Shown: positions 20,147 through 29,652 of the stretch, piece after piece
Layout: every line of letters begins with the position of its first letter
Numbering within the stretch: the stretch's first letter is position 1
Origin: Spirochaetia bacterium
GTDB lineage: Bacteria > Spirochaetota > Spirochaetia > CADAEX01
Reading direction: 5' to 3'
DNA length: 64,000 nt
Assembly (NCBI GenBank): GCA_045606105.1
Contig: JAZURI010000003.1
Span: 96,001 to 160,000, forward strand
Made by a program: the position numbers and the translations under genes
Notes under the pieces: generated by a model
The model's database searches: none
The model's input: only the letters and a program-made list of their open reading frames with translations
What the model was told of the DNA's origin: nothing

Positions 20147-20689
20147 ATGGCAAAATTTGTATGTAATGTATGTGGTTATGTTTATGAGGGAGATGCTGCA
20201 CCTGAATTCTGTCCGCAGTGTAAGGCACCTGCATCTAAGTTTTCTGAGCAGAAGGGAGAAATGACCTGGGCTGCAGAGCATGTTGTAGGCGTTGCACAGG
20301 GTGTCAGAGAAGACATCATCGAAGACCTCAGAGCAAACTTCAACGGAGAATGCATGGAAGTAGGTATGTACCTTGCAATGGCTCGTGTTGCACACAGGGA
20401 AGGATATCCTGAAATCGGACTTTACTGGGAAAAGGCAGCTTATGAAGAGGCAGAGCATGCATCAAAATTTGCAGAACTTCTCGGAGAAGTGGTAACCACA
20501 TCAACAAAGAAGAACCTTGAGATGAGAGTGGAAGCTGAAAACGGAGCTACAGCCGGTAAATTTGATCTTGCAAAAAGAGCAAAGGAACTGGGACTTGATG
20601 CAATCCATGACACAGTTCATGAGATGGCAAGAGACGAAGCAAGACACGGAAAGGCTTTCGAAGGACTTCTCAAGAGATACTTCGGTTAA
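20147..20689 (+). CDS. Reverse rubrerythrin / NADH peroxidase
   Basis: N-terminal rubredoxin-like CNVC...CPQC followed by diiron EEAEH and DEARH motifs. Confidence 0.93.
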   Translation: MAKFVCNVCGYVYEGDAAPEFCPQCKAPASKFSEQKGEMTWAAEHVVGVAQGVREDIIEDLRANFNGECMEVGMYLAMARVAHREGYPEIGLYWEKAAYEEAEHASKFAELLGEVVTTSTKKNLEMRVEAENGATAGKFDLAKRAKELGLDAIHDTVHEMARDEARHGKAFEGLLKRYFG

Positions 20690-20739
20690 TATAACGATCA
20701 GGCATCAGGCCTGAAGGCTTTTTAGCCGCTTAGCTTAGG

Positions 20740-20772
20740 AAACCCACGGGAGTCACGCACCCGTGGGTTTTT
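20740..20772. terminator. Intrinsic terminator between rubrerythrin and azlD
   Basis: AAACCCACGGG-N9-CCCGTGGGTTT followed by T's. Confidence 0.75.
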
Positions 20773-20797
20773 GTTTTATCCGCAGTCTCCGACAGAT

Positions 20798-21127
20798 TTA
20801 CAGCACTCCGCAGGCATGGAGAATCAGCTCCACCGCCAGAACGGCACCGCAGGCAGAGGCTGCCACTGTCAGCAGGTTCTTTTCTTTCCAGGCCAGTAAT
20901 ACAGCTACTCCAAAGCCGGCAAAGGCAGAAATCATGCTGTCTGTGGCATAGAAAATAGCAGGAATGGTCATTACTCCAAGGACTGCATAAGGAATATAAT
21001 ACAGGAAGGAGCGGATAAAACGGTTGGTGATCTTTTTCTTGATCAGTATAAGCGGTAATACACGTACCAGATAGGTAACTCCGGCACTGGTCAGCAGGCA
21101 GGCAAGAAACCATAAACGATCATTCAT
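20798..21127 (-). CDS. azlD: AzlD-family protein
   Basis: TYLVRVLP and FLYYIPYAVL; follows azlC. Confidence 0.88.
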   Translation of the reverse strand: MNDRLWFLACLLTSAGVTYLVRVLPLILIKKKITNRFIRSFLYYIPYAVLGVMTIPAIFYATDSMISAFAGFGVAVLLAWKEKNLLTVAASACGAVLAVELILHACGVL

Positions 21128-21836
21128 GGCTGTCCTCCTTTACCGGCACAGGGGCCGCCAGGGCAAACAGCACGCTGGCAGTCACGGCGCAGATGATTAC
21201 CACAAATCCGCCGGGAACCTGCTTCAGGGCAGGGATATAATAGAACGCACAGCTCATGGCCACTGCTGCCAGGATACACAGCGCCGTGGAGGCATTCTTT
21301 TTGGCAGGAGGAATGATGATGGCGATAAACATGCCGTAGATGGCAACACCCAGGGCAGAGATAACAATAGCAGGCAGAATATTGCCTGCCACGGCTCCCA
21401 GCAGGGTACCGGTTGCCCAGCCCAGCCAGGGCGTCAGAATCAGGCCGTAGAAATAATTTCTTCCTACGCTGCCCGGCTTGGCGGAAGCTACGGCGAAAAC
21501 CTCATCCGTATTTACAAAAGCTATGAGAAAACGGTTGGCAAAACGGACAGACTTTCCCAGTTTCTGAGACAGTGATACAGACATAAGCGCATAACGCATG
21601 TTGATGACAAACATACTGATTGCCAGCTCGAGCAGGGTACCGCTCCCGGCAAAAACAGGTACGGCAGCCAGCTGCCCGGCAGATGTCACATTGGTCATGG
21701 AAATCATCAGGGCTTCCAGAATGGAAAGCCCGCTGCCGACGGCAAAAATACCGAACGCAAAGGAAACAGACAGGTAACCCAGACAGATGGGGATACCGTC
21801 CCGGATACCGACGCGGAAGCTGTTAAGTTCATTCAT
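21120..21836 (-). CDS. azlC: AzlC-family branched-chain amino acid exporter
   Basis: PICLGY, SAGQLA, INMRY, NTDEVFA; start uncertain (21836 or 21857). Confidence 0.9.
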   Translation of the reverse strand: MNELNSFRVGIRDGIPICLGYLSVSFAFGIFAVGSGLSILEALMISMTNVTSAGQLAAVPVFAGSGTLLELAISMFVINMRYALMSVSLSQKLGKSVRFANRFLIAFVNTDEVFAVASAKPGSVGRNYFYGLILTPWLGWATGTLLGAVAGNILPAIVISALGVAIYGMFIAIIIPPAKKNASTALCILAAVAMSCAFYYIPALKQVPGGFVVIICAVTASVLFALAAPVPVKEDSHE

Positions 21837-21915
21837 ATATTCATCTTGCAGTCGCATAAAATTACCGTCTCGTATTATAGCACAAATTCCGGCGATTTCC
21901 ACCCTGTAACGCGAG

Positions 21916-21935
21916 GGTTTTTACAATAGGGTGGG
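21916..21935. repeat. 20-bp direct repeat, left copy (GGTTTTTACAATAGGGTGGG)
   Basis: Identical to 29172-29191. Confidence 0.9.
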
Positions 21936-21954
21936 AACATGCATAGTTTTTATT

Positions 21955-22008
21955 TTATCCCCTTTAATCAATTATACCCTTTACAACGGGGTATAGCAGG
22001 GGTATAAT
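21955..22008 (+). promoter_or_regulatory. Promoter of the AAA gene with repeated half-sites
   Basis: TTTACA(21980)-17 bp-TATAAT(22003); TTAT(A/C)CCC twice facing GGGGTATA twice. Confidence 0.65.
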
Positions 22009-22026
22009 AAGTATAGGAGATGTGAT

Positions 22027-23850
22027 ATGGATACTGAAATTTTGCAAAATCAAATTGTCGAACTCGAAGCGCAGATCGAAGCCCTACCCAAAGGCTCTGT
22101 CGCTAAAAAGAGTGTGAACGGCAAAACGTATTATTATCACAGATATAATGAAAACCGCAAAAGAACTGAAAAATATATTGATTTTGATTCCATAGATGCT
22201 CTGCGTGAGCAAATTGAAAAGCGCAAGGCATTGGAGTCAAAGCTGAAGGAGCTGAAGAAGAAAGCGGGCGTTCCACTAAAGAAGCTGCAGAAGAAAGAAA
22301 CACTCTCTTTTCACACCTCCATCCTCACAGGCGAAAAGCTGAAGAAATTCGTTGCCGATGTAAAGGATTACAAAAAGAGAGAGTGCTTCGAACAGCTTCA
22401 GAATTTCGTGTACGGCGATATCAGGGATAGAGTTTTCATTCTCTACGGTCTGCGCCGAACCGGCAAAACGACGATGATCCGTCAGATGATTGCCGATATG
22501 AGCGAATCCGACCTTGCAAAAGCAGCATTCATTCAAATTGCACACAAGGATAAACTTGCCGACGTCAACAAGGACATGAAGCTCTTGGAACAGGGGGGCT
22601 TCAAATATATCTTCATCGACGAGGTCACTTTCATGGAGGACTTCATCGAGGGCGCGGCTCTCTTCTCCGACGTGTTCGCCACCTGCGGTATGAAGATCGT
22701 CCTTTCAGGAACAGATTCCCTCGGCTTTATGTTATCAAAAAGTGAGCAGCTTTACGACAGATGCATCCTTCTGCATACGACCGTTATCCCCTACCGGGAG
22801 TTTGAAAAGGTACTGGGCATCAAGGGTATCGACGAATATATCCGCTACGGCGGCACCATGAGCCTTGGCGGTATAAATTACAACGAGGGCTTTGCTTTTA
22901 CCGATACAAATACGGTCAATTCCTACGTGGACAGTGCAATCGCAAAAAATATTCAGCACTCACTCCGTTATTATCAGGACGGCGGTCACTTCCGCCATCT
23001 CGCGGAGCTTTACGAGAGAAACGAGCTGACCAACGCCATCAATCGTGTAGTTGAGGACATCAACCACCGCTTCACAAAAGAGGTCATTACACGTGAATTT
23101 GAATCCGGAGATCTGGCACGTTCCGCAAGAAATCTACGCAGAGATCGCTTTGCACCCAACACCATTCTTGATGATATCGATACCGAAACATTCACCGAAC
23201 AACTGAAAAACCTTCTCGAAATTCTCGATGAAGCCGATCAGACAGTCAAGGTGGCTGACGTACACGCCGCAGAGATCAAAGAATATCTTGTTCTGCTCGA
23301 TTTGATATACGAGGTCGACTCCCGAAGCTTCCCGAACGTGAACGATATCGGAAAGATCACCGTGGTATCACAGCCCGGAATGCGTTACGCGCAGGCACAG
23401 GCACTTGTAAAGAGCCTGCTCCTCGACAATAAATTTAAGGATCTGAACTTGGATGAGCGCACGCAGGTAATCGAAAGAATCCTCAGCGAGATCAGGGGCA
23501 GAATGATGGAGGATATCATTCTTCTTGAAACCAAGCTCGCACAGCCGAGCAAAGAGGTGTTCAAGCTCCAATTCACCGTAGGTGAGTTCGATATGGTGGT
23601 GTTCGATCCCGAGACCGCATCCTGCGAGATATACGAAATTAAATACAGCACGCAGGTCGTGGAACAACAGTATCAGCACCTCGTGGATGAACAAAAATGC
23701 GCCCAAACTGAACACCGTTTCGGTACAATCAAGGGGAAATACGTACTTTACCGTGGAGCAACGCAGGATGTGAACGGAATACACTACGTGAACGTTGAGG
23801 AATATTTAAATAACGTGTGCAAACTTAGTTTTGATGGTTGTATAAATTAA
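22027..23850 (+). CDS. AAA-family ATPase with C-terminal PD-(D/E)XK-like nuclease domain
   Basis: GLRRTGKT Walker A, IFIDE Walker B, EFDMVV...YEIK. Confidence 0.8.
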   Translation: MDTEILQNQIVELEAQIEALPKGSVAKKSVNGKTYYYHRYNENRKRTEKYIDFDSIDALREQIEKRKALESKLKELKKKAGVPLKKLQKKETLSFHTSILTGEKLKKFVADVKDYKKRECFEQLQNFVYGDIRDRVFILYGLRRTGKTTMIRQMIADMSESDLAKAAFIQIAHKDKLADVNKDMKLLEQGGFKYIFIDEVTFMEDFIEGAALFSDVFATCGMKIVLSGTDSLGFMLSKSEQLYDRCILLHTTVIPYREFEKVLGIKGIDEYIRYGGTMSLGGINYNEGFAFTDTNTVNSYVDSAIAKNIQHSLRYYQDGGHFRHLAELYERNELTNAINRVVEDINHRFTKEVITREFESGDLARSARNLRRDRFAPNTILDDIDTETFTEQLKNLLEILDEADQTVKVADVHAAEIKEYLVLLDLIYEVDSRSFPNVNDIGKITVVSQPGMRYAQAQALVKSLLLDNKFKDLNLDERTQVIERILSEIRGRMMEDIILLETKLAQPSKEVFKLQFTVGEFDMVVFDPETASCEIYEIKYSTQVVEQQYQHLVDEQKCAQTEHRFGTIKGKYVLYRGATQDVNGIHYVNVEEYLNNVCKLSFDGCIN

Positions 23851-23872
23851 CCGCAAATCACAATAATAAAGG

Positions 23873-25885
23873 ATGGATAAAACAATGAAAAAGCTTAATG
23901 AAATTCTTATAGATCTTTTGAAAACAGATGATCGCTACTTTACAGCAGAAGGCGAACTTCTTAAAAATGCCGTTTACGAAGACGCTATGAAAATGGATTC
24001 CTCGTTGATTAAATTACTTCTCTCTGATGATACGTGTAAAAGCCGTTTCTTTACGGAAGTTGACGGCGTTTTAGTCTTTGATAAAGTCGGCTTCGGTTGG
24101 GTTATCAACAATCGTCAATTTTTACCGGATTCTTATACTCGATATAAGAATAAGATTGGGCTTACAGATGGCTCTGGCGAGTTCATTTCTACATCCAATG
24201 AAGTTGTACTCGCATTCCCATACAAAGATTGTGTTTTAGAGGGCGGTCAAACAAAAGAAGACCAAAAGAGAAGTGAGATTTTTTATAATGAAACACTTGC
24301 ACCAGACGAAGTAGATAGGCTTCTTTATCCAAAAGTATTTACAGGGGCAAAACGCTATACGAAAGACGGCGTGGAAGATAATATTACTTTCAACGAAAAT
24401 GATAATTTAATCATTAAAGGCAATAATCTGCTTGCGATTGCTTCGCTCTTAAAAAAATACGAAGGAAAAATAAAATGTATTTATATCGATATTCCATACA
24501 ATACGGGTAGTGATAGTTTTGGTTATAATGATAATTTTAATCACTCTACGTGGCTTACATTTATAAAAAATCGTTTAAGTATAGCAAAACAATTATTGAG
24601 AAATGATGGGTGCATTTTTATTCAATGTGACGATAACGAGCAGGCCTATCTAAAAGTGTTATGCGATGAAGTTTTGGGTAGAGAAAATTTTGTTAATTGT
24701 ATTGCTGTAAAAATGAGTGAAGCTACTGGCGTGAAAATGACACACGCTTCCAAAAAGTTGCCAAAACTAAAAGAATATATACTTCTATACAAAAAGAACA
24801 CACTAAGACTTGAAGACATTCGGATTCCAAAAGAAAAATGGGATTCTGAATATAAATTGGTTATAGATGGTATATCAAAGAAAGATTTACAAGAAGTAAA
24901 AAGCATTATATCTAAAGAATCAGTATCCGATGATGATATATTAACCATTGACAATATTTTAAAGAATGCAAAATTTATTTCTGTAAGTAATTTTTTTGTT
25001 AATTTTTCTTCTATGGATGCAGAATCAAAGGAAAAACTTCTATATGAAAATGCTTGGCGAATAGTCAGAGATGTTGCAACAACAGGTAGTGCCAAAAGTC
25101 TTGCTGATGAAAAAAAACTTACTTGTCAAGGCGAAGCTTTTGCGATTAAAACGCCACAGAAAAAATGTTATCTTATAAAAAAAGAGTATAGTGATACATC
25201 AAGTCAACCACGTATAAAACTTCTATTTGCGGATGAATATTTGACATGCAACCCTTGTGATTTTTGGCAAGATATTAAAACGACAGGAATCGAAAACGAA
25301 GGAGGTGTATTATTAACAAATGGTAAAAAGCCTGAAAAATTAATTAGCAGAATAATACAAATGAGTACAACTGCTGGTGATTTGGTATTAGATTTCTTTG
25401 GTGGAAGTGGAACTACAGCTGCAGTAGCAATGAAAATGCAAAGACAGTTTATCGTGTGTGAACAAATACATTCCCACATTGATTTAGAACTCGTTAGGTT
25501 AAACAATGTTTTAATGGGAGACGATACCGGTGTTTCAAAGGAGGTTAATTGGCAAGGTGGTGGCTCTTTCGTTTACTGCGAACTTGCAAAATTGAATCAA
25601 ACATTCGTTGAAGCAATACAGTCGGCAGAAGACGATGAACAACTTGCAAGCGTTTGGTCTGAAATGCGTGAAAGCGGATTTATAAGCAGTTACGTAAAAC
25701 CGAGCGATATAAACCCCGAAATTGAAGAATTTAACGCTCTTTCATTTGAAGATAAAAAGCGTTTGTTTATTGCTGTTTTGGATAAAAATATGCTTTACGT
25801 CAACTATTGCGATATTGATGATGAAAGTTATTCTATTTCCGAAGAAGACAAGGCGTTTACGCATAGTTTCTATAAGGAGTCGTAA
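23873..25885 (+). CDS. mod: Type III R-M methyltransferase subunit Mod
   Basis: IKGNNL, YIDIPYNTG (DPPY variant), KPE, DFFGGSGTT; followed by res. Confidence 0.93.
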   Translation: MDKTMKKLNEILIDLLKTDDRYFTAEGELLKNAVYEDAMKMDSSLIKLLLSDDTCKSRFFTEVDGVLVFDKVGFGWVINNRQFLPDSYTRYKNKIGLTDGSGEFISTSNEVVLAFPYKDCVLEGGQTKEDQKRSEIFYNETLAPDEVDRLLYPKVFTGAKRYTKDGVEDNITFNENDNLIIKGNNLLAIASLLKKYEGKIKCIYIDIPYNTGSDSFGYNDNFNHSTWLTFIKNRLSIAKQLLRNDGCIFIQCDDNEQAYLKVLCDEVLGRENFVNCIAVKMSEATGVKMTHASKKLPKLKEYILLYKKNTLRLEDIRIPKEKWDSEYKLVIDGISKKDLQEVKSIISKESVSDDDILTIDNILKNAKFISVSNFFVNFSSMDAESKEKLLYENAWRIVRDVATTGSAKSLADEKKLTCQGEAFAIKTPQKKCYLIKKEYSDTSSQPRIKLLFADEYLTCNPCDFWQDIKTTGIENEGGVLLTNGKKPEKLISRIIQMSTTAGDLVLDFFGGSGTTAAVAMKMQRQFIVCEQIHSHIDLELVRLNNVLMGDDTGVSKEVNWQGGGSFVYCELAKLNQTFVEAIQSAEDDEQLASVWSEMRESGFISSYVKPSDINPEIEEFNALSFEDKKRLFIAVLDKNMLYVNYCDIDDESYSISEEDKAFTHSFYKES

Positions 25886-25887
25886 GT

Positions 25888-28476
25888 ATGCCTTTCCTTT
25901 TTGAAACAATAGATATATTAAAAAATTACGGGGATTCATACAAAGAACTTCCAACGTATATAAAAGAAAATCTAAATCCTGCATTTGAGTTGCGCCCATA
26001 TCAAGAATCGGCGTTTTGTAATTATATTACATACTTTGAAAGTCCAAAGTTAAAGCAAAGGCCTACGCAAACGCTATTCCATATGGCAACGGGTAGCGGT
26101 AAAACGCTTATAATGGCAGGGCTTATGCTCTACCTTTACAAGCAAGGGTATCGCAATTTCCTTTTCTTTGTAAATTTAAGCAATATCGTACGTAAAACGA
26201 AAGAAAACTTCCTTGCGCAAACATCGTCTAAATATCTTTTTGCTGAAAATTTGATTATCGACGGCGAACGCATTAAGGTAAAAGAAGTTAGCAACTTTCA
26301 AAATACGGACGAAAACGCTATAAATATCTGCTTCACTACTATTCAAGGCTTGCACTCGGATATGTGTGGAGTAAAAGAAAATAGCATTTCTTTTGATGAT
26401 TTTAAGGATAAAAAAGTCGTGCTTATTTCCGATGAAGCACACCATTTAAGCGCAAGCACGAAAAAGCAAGAAAAAGGAGAACAAGAAAATAGCAAGCATT
26501 GGGAATATACAGTTGGTCGTATTTTCGGTGCTAATGTCGATAACGTTCTTTTAGAGTTTACTGCAACTTGCGACGTTAAAAACGCTGAAATTTTAGCAAA
26601 GTATGAAAACAAAATCATTTTTGATTACCCGTTAGCCAAATTTAGAGAAGATTTATATTCAAAAGAAATTAAAACTTTACGCACTGACAGTCCTGTCTTT
26701 GAAAGATCTTTGCAAGCTGTTCTTTTGAGCCAATATCGCTTGAAAGTATTCCAAGACCACAGGCTGAATGTAAAACCCGTTATCCTCTTAAAATCACACC
26801 GCATAAAAGAAAATGCGGATAATATGGCAGATTTTATCAAGAATATTTCTATGCTTACGGGTGCAAAAATACAAGAAGTTTTTGATATGATACGTGGGCA
26901 AGCCCCTGTTATGCAGGAAGCATACGATTATTTTATAAATAATGGCATTACATTTGAACAATTAGCACAAGAGATTAAAGACGATTTTTCAGCTTCGCAT
27001 TGTATTTCCGCTAACGACGATAAAGAAGTCGAAAAAAATCAGTTGCTTTTGAACTCTCTTGAAGATAAAATCAATCCGTACCGTGCAGTATTTGCCGTTG
27101 ACAAATTAAACGAAGGCTGGGACGTCCTTAATCTTTTTGATATTGTTCGTCTTTATGAAACGCGAGATGGAAAGAACGGAAAGCCCGGTGCAGGTACTAT
27201 TTCCGAGGCACAGCTTATTGGTAGAGGTGCAAGATATTGTCCTTTTAAGATTGATGATGAACAACCAAAATATCAGCGTAAATACGATAACGACGTTGAT
27301 AATCAGTTGCGAATTTGCGAAACACTCTATTATCATTGTTGGAACGAACCGAGATATATTAGTGAATTACACACTGCACTGCGAGAAGTCGGTCTTGACC
27401 TTGAAGGTATCGTTACTAAAAGATATAAATTAAAAGATTCTTTCAAAGCCGATGATTTATATCGCACGGGTTACATTTTTACAAACGAAAGGGTATTAAA
27501 AAGTCGTAATGACGTACACGAGCTTTTGCCTTCTGTAAGGGATAAAGTTTATGAGGTAGCGGTCGCAGTTGGAAAAGCCGGTGAAGATGTGGTTTTAGAA
27601 GAAGTTTCTTCCGACGTAAGCGTAAAAACTTATCAATATCTTACAACGTTTAAGGAAATTGCTTCTATAAATTATTCTACCGTAAATCGAGCGTTAAGAC
27701 AGTTTGACGTGTTTAGATTTAACACCTTAAAATCATACTTCCCGAACGTAAAATCAACTTACGATTTTGTAACGGATAGCAATTATTTAGGTGATATTAA
27801 AATCAAGATTACGTCAAAGCACAAAATACCGCCTATGAGCGTTATTTATAAGGCTTGTGTAAATGTTCTTTCTAAAATAGCGGACAAAATCTCTGCAATC
27901 GAAGAAGTGTACGAAGGCACAACAGAGTTCAAAGCTCACCGTATCAGCGAATTTATTCGAGATAAGAGTGTCAACTATACTCCTGTTTTAGGCGGTAAAG
28001 GTATGTCTCAAAACGATTCATCCGTTGGAGTCAATCGTCTCGACCTTTCGGGCGAAGATTGGTTTGCCTTCAACGATAACTTTGGAACTTCAGAAGAAAA
28101 AGCATTTGTATCGTATTTCAAGGGGTATGTCGATAAATTACGCGCCAAATATGACAAGGTCTATTTGGTACGTAATGAAAGACAGGTTCATCTCTATTCT
28201 TTTGAGGGCGGAGAGCGGTTTGAGCCGGACTATATCTTGTACTTGTGTAAAAATCACCCAGATTCGATGGAGCAATTAATTGTATTTGTTGAACCGAAAG
28301 GAACGCATCTTTTGGAAAATGACAAATGGAAAGAAGCTTTCTTGCTCGAGTTAAAAGGAAAGGCTGTTCCTGTTGTAACTTTTGCGGACGATAACGAATA
28401 CAAGATTTGGGGCTTCCATTTCTTTAATACAGAACAAAGAAGCGTAGAATTCGCAGCAGACATGGCAACACTGTAA
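25888..28476 (+). CDS. res: Type III R-M restriction subunit Res
   Basis: LRPYQ, MATGSGKT, DEAH, EGWD, GRGAR; nuclease PDY...EPK. Confidence 0.93.
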   Translation: MPFLFETIDILKNYGDSYKELPTYIKENLNPAFELRPYQESAFCNYITYFESPKLKQRPTQTLFHMATGSGKTLIMAGLMLYLYKQGYRNFLFFVNLSNIVRKTKENFLAQTSSKYLFAENLIIDGERIKVKEVSNFQNTDENAINICFTTIQGLHSDMCGVKENSISFDDFKDKKVVLISDEAHHLSASTKKQEKGEQENSKHWEYTVGRIFGANVDNVLLEFTATCDVKNAEILAKYENKIIFDYPLAKFREDLYSKEIKTLRTDSPVFERSLQAVLLSQYRLKVFQDHRLNVKPVILLKSHRIKENADNMADFIKNISMLTGAKIQEVFDMIRGQAPVMQEAYDYFINNGITFEQLAQEIKDDFSASHCISANDDKEVEKNQLLLNSLEDKINPYRAVFAVDKLNEGWDVLNLFDIVRLYETRDGKNGKPGAGTISEAQLIGRGARYCPFKIDDEQPKYQRKYDNDVDNQLRICETLYYHCWNEPRYISELHTALREVGLDLEGIVTKRYKLKDSFKADDLYRTGYIFTNERVLKSRNDVHELLPSVRDKVYEVAVAVGKAGEDVVLEEVSSDVSVKTYQYLTTFKEIASINYSTVNRALRQFDVFRFNTLKSYFPNVKSTYDFVTDSNYLGDIKIKITSKHKIPPMSVIYKACVNVLSKIADKISAIEEVYEGTTEFKAHRISEFIRDKSVNYTPVLGGKGMSQNDSSVGVNRLDLSGEDWFAFNDNFGTSEEKAFVSYFKGYVDKLRAKYDKVYLVRNERQVHLYSFEGGERFEPDYILYLCKNHPDSMEQLIVFVEPKGTHLLENDKWKEAFLLELKGKAVPVVTFADDNEYKIWGFHFFNTEQRSVEFAADMATL

Positions 28477-28486
28477 GGAGGATTTT

Positions 28487-28731
28487 ATGGGCAAAGGGTG
28501 GTATGCAAGCTGATGGCACATCCAACAACATTGATGGATATGCCGAGAGAAAGTTTGAAGCATTAAAGGAGTACGGAGAAAGATCCTGATGTGCGATATA
28601 TGAAGCTGAAATTAGTTGAAAAATATCCCATCGGACAGTATCCGCTTAAAGAACTCAAAGAAAACGGTCTTACAAGCGTTCAGGGAAGGAGTAAAGCAAC
28701 CGTACATCTGATGAAGTATTTGGAGAAATAA
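28487..28731 (+). pseudogene. Broken/chimeric gene remnant
   Basis: Strong RBS and ATG followed by a stop after 8 codons; other frames give short protein-like pieces ending ...YPLKELKENGLTSVQGRSKATVHLMKYLEK*. Confidence 0.55.
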
Positions 28732-28755
28732 ACAGTTTAAGGAAAATATACGGGG

Positions 28756-29124
28756 TCATTTCCCGCTTACATATTCCACGGCAAAGATCACGGCAACGCC
28801 GGCCAGCAGGCTCAGCAGGATGTAGAGCAGGGCTGTTACCGGATGTCCGGATTTTAACAGGTCTGCCGATTCCAGGGCAAAGGTGGAGAATGTGGTGAAG
28901 CCTCCGCAAAGGCCTACCTTCAGGAACAGCAGCATCTGAGGATTTATCGAATGGTTTCTTGACAGGTATGCCGCTATTATACCGATTGCGATACAGCCGG
29001 CAATATTGATTGAGAATGTCTTGATAGGAAAAATGAAGGATTCGCTTAAAGGAATCAGGCCTATGAGGTACCTGAGCACCGCTCCTGCAAAACCTCCTGC
29101 TCCCACTGCCAGTATTTCTGTCAT
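28756..29124 (-). CDS. crcB: Fluoride efflux channel CrcB/FluC
   Basis: GGFAGAVLRY and GLCGGFTTFSTF. Confidence 0.95.
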   Translation of the reverse strand: MTEILAVGAGGFAGAVLRYLIGLIPLSESFIFPIKTFSINIAGCIAIGIIAAYLSRNHSINPQMLLFLKVGLCGGFTTFSTFALESADLLKSGHPVTALLYILLSLLAGVAVIFAVEYVSGK

Positions 29125-29171
29125 CTCCTCTGTCCCCCCCCCGGTTACCTGCAGAATATATCATCCGGACC

Positions 29172-29191
29172 GGTTTTTACAATAGGGTGGG
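29172..29191. repeat. 20-bp direct repeat, right copy
   Basis: Identical to 21916-21935. Confidence 0.9.
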
Positions 29192-29256
29192 GAAAGCCCT
29201 TTTTGACATTCCTTCCTGTAAGATATATACTGATCTGCGATTGACAGGTACAGTTC

Positions 29257-29649
29257 ATGAACTTTATTGATTCTTTCAAGAGACTTGAAAAACTCTGCAG
29301 CGAGCTTTATGGCAATAAGCATGGCATTTCTTTCTACATAGATGAAATGAAAGGTATTGCAGACGGGGAGGAGCGTGTTTCCGGCTGGAATGCGGACCTT
29401 AAGAAGCTGAAGCACTGCCGCTGGGTCAGAAACAAGATTGTTCATGAACCGGGCTGTACCGAGGAAAACATGTGTGAACCCGGCGATTCAAAGTGGCTGC
29501 TTGCTTTTCATTCCCGTATTCTTGCACAGAATGATCCCCTGTCGATGTACCGGAAGGGAAAAAAGCAGAACAGTGGCAATGTGGTGTTGTATCTGATTCT
29601 CTGCTTTATGGGTATTGCAGCATTGTTGGTTTATACCTGTTTGTTTTAG
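29257..29649 (+). CDS. Hypothetical protein (DUF6548-like) with RNKIVH motif and C-terminal TM helix
   Basis: ORF preceded by TTGACA-17-TATACT (29203-29231); family recognised from memory. Confidence 0.65.
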   Translation: MNFIDSFKRLEKLCSELYGNKHGISFYIDEMKGIADGEERVSGWNADLKKLKHCRWVRNKIVHEPGCTEENMCEPGDSKWLLAFHSRILAQNDPLSMYRKGKKQNSGNVVLYLILCFMGIAALLVYTCLF

Positions 29650-29652
29650 AAT

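Noticed and set aside
20740-20772. IS605-like end or REP (CCCACGG...CCGTGGG)
   Set aside because: Single copy with a T tail between convergent genes; a terminator is the simpler explanation.
21897-21937. Integron attC site
   Set aside because: Lacks RYYYAAC/GTTRRRY ends; no integrase or cassette array.
23873-24100. Phase-variable repeat in mod
   Set aside because: No tandem simple-sequence repeat seen.
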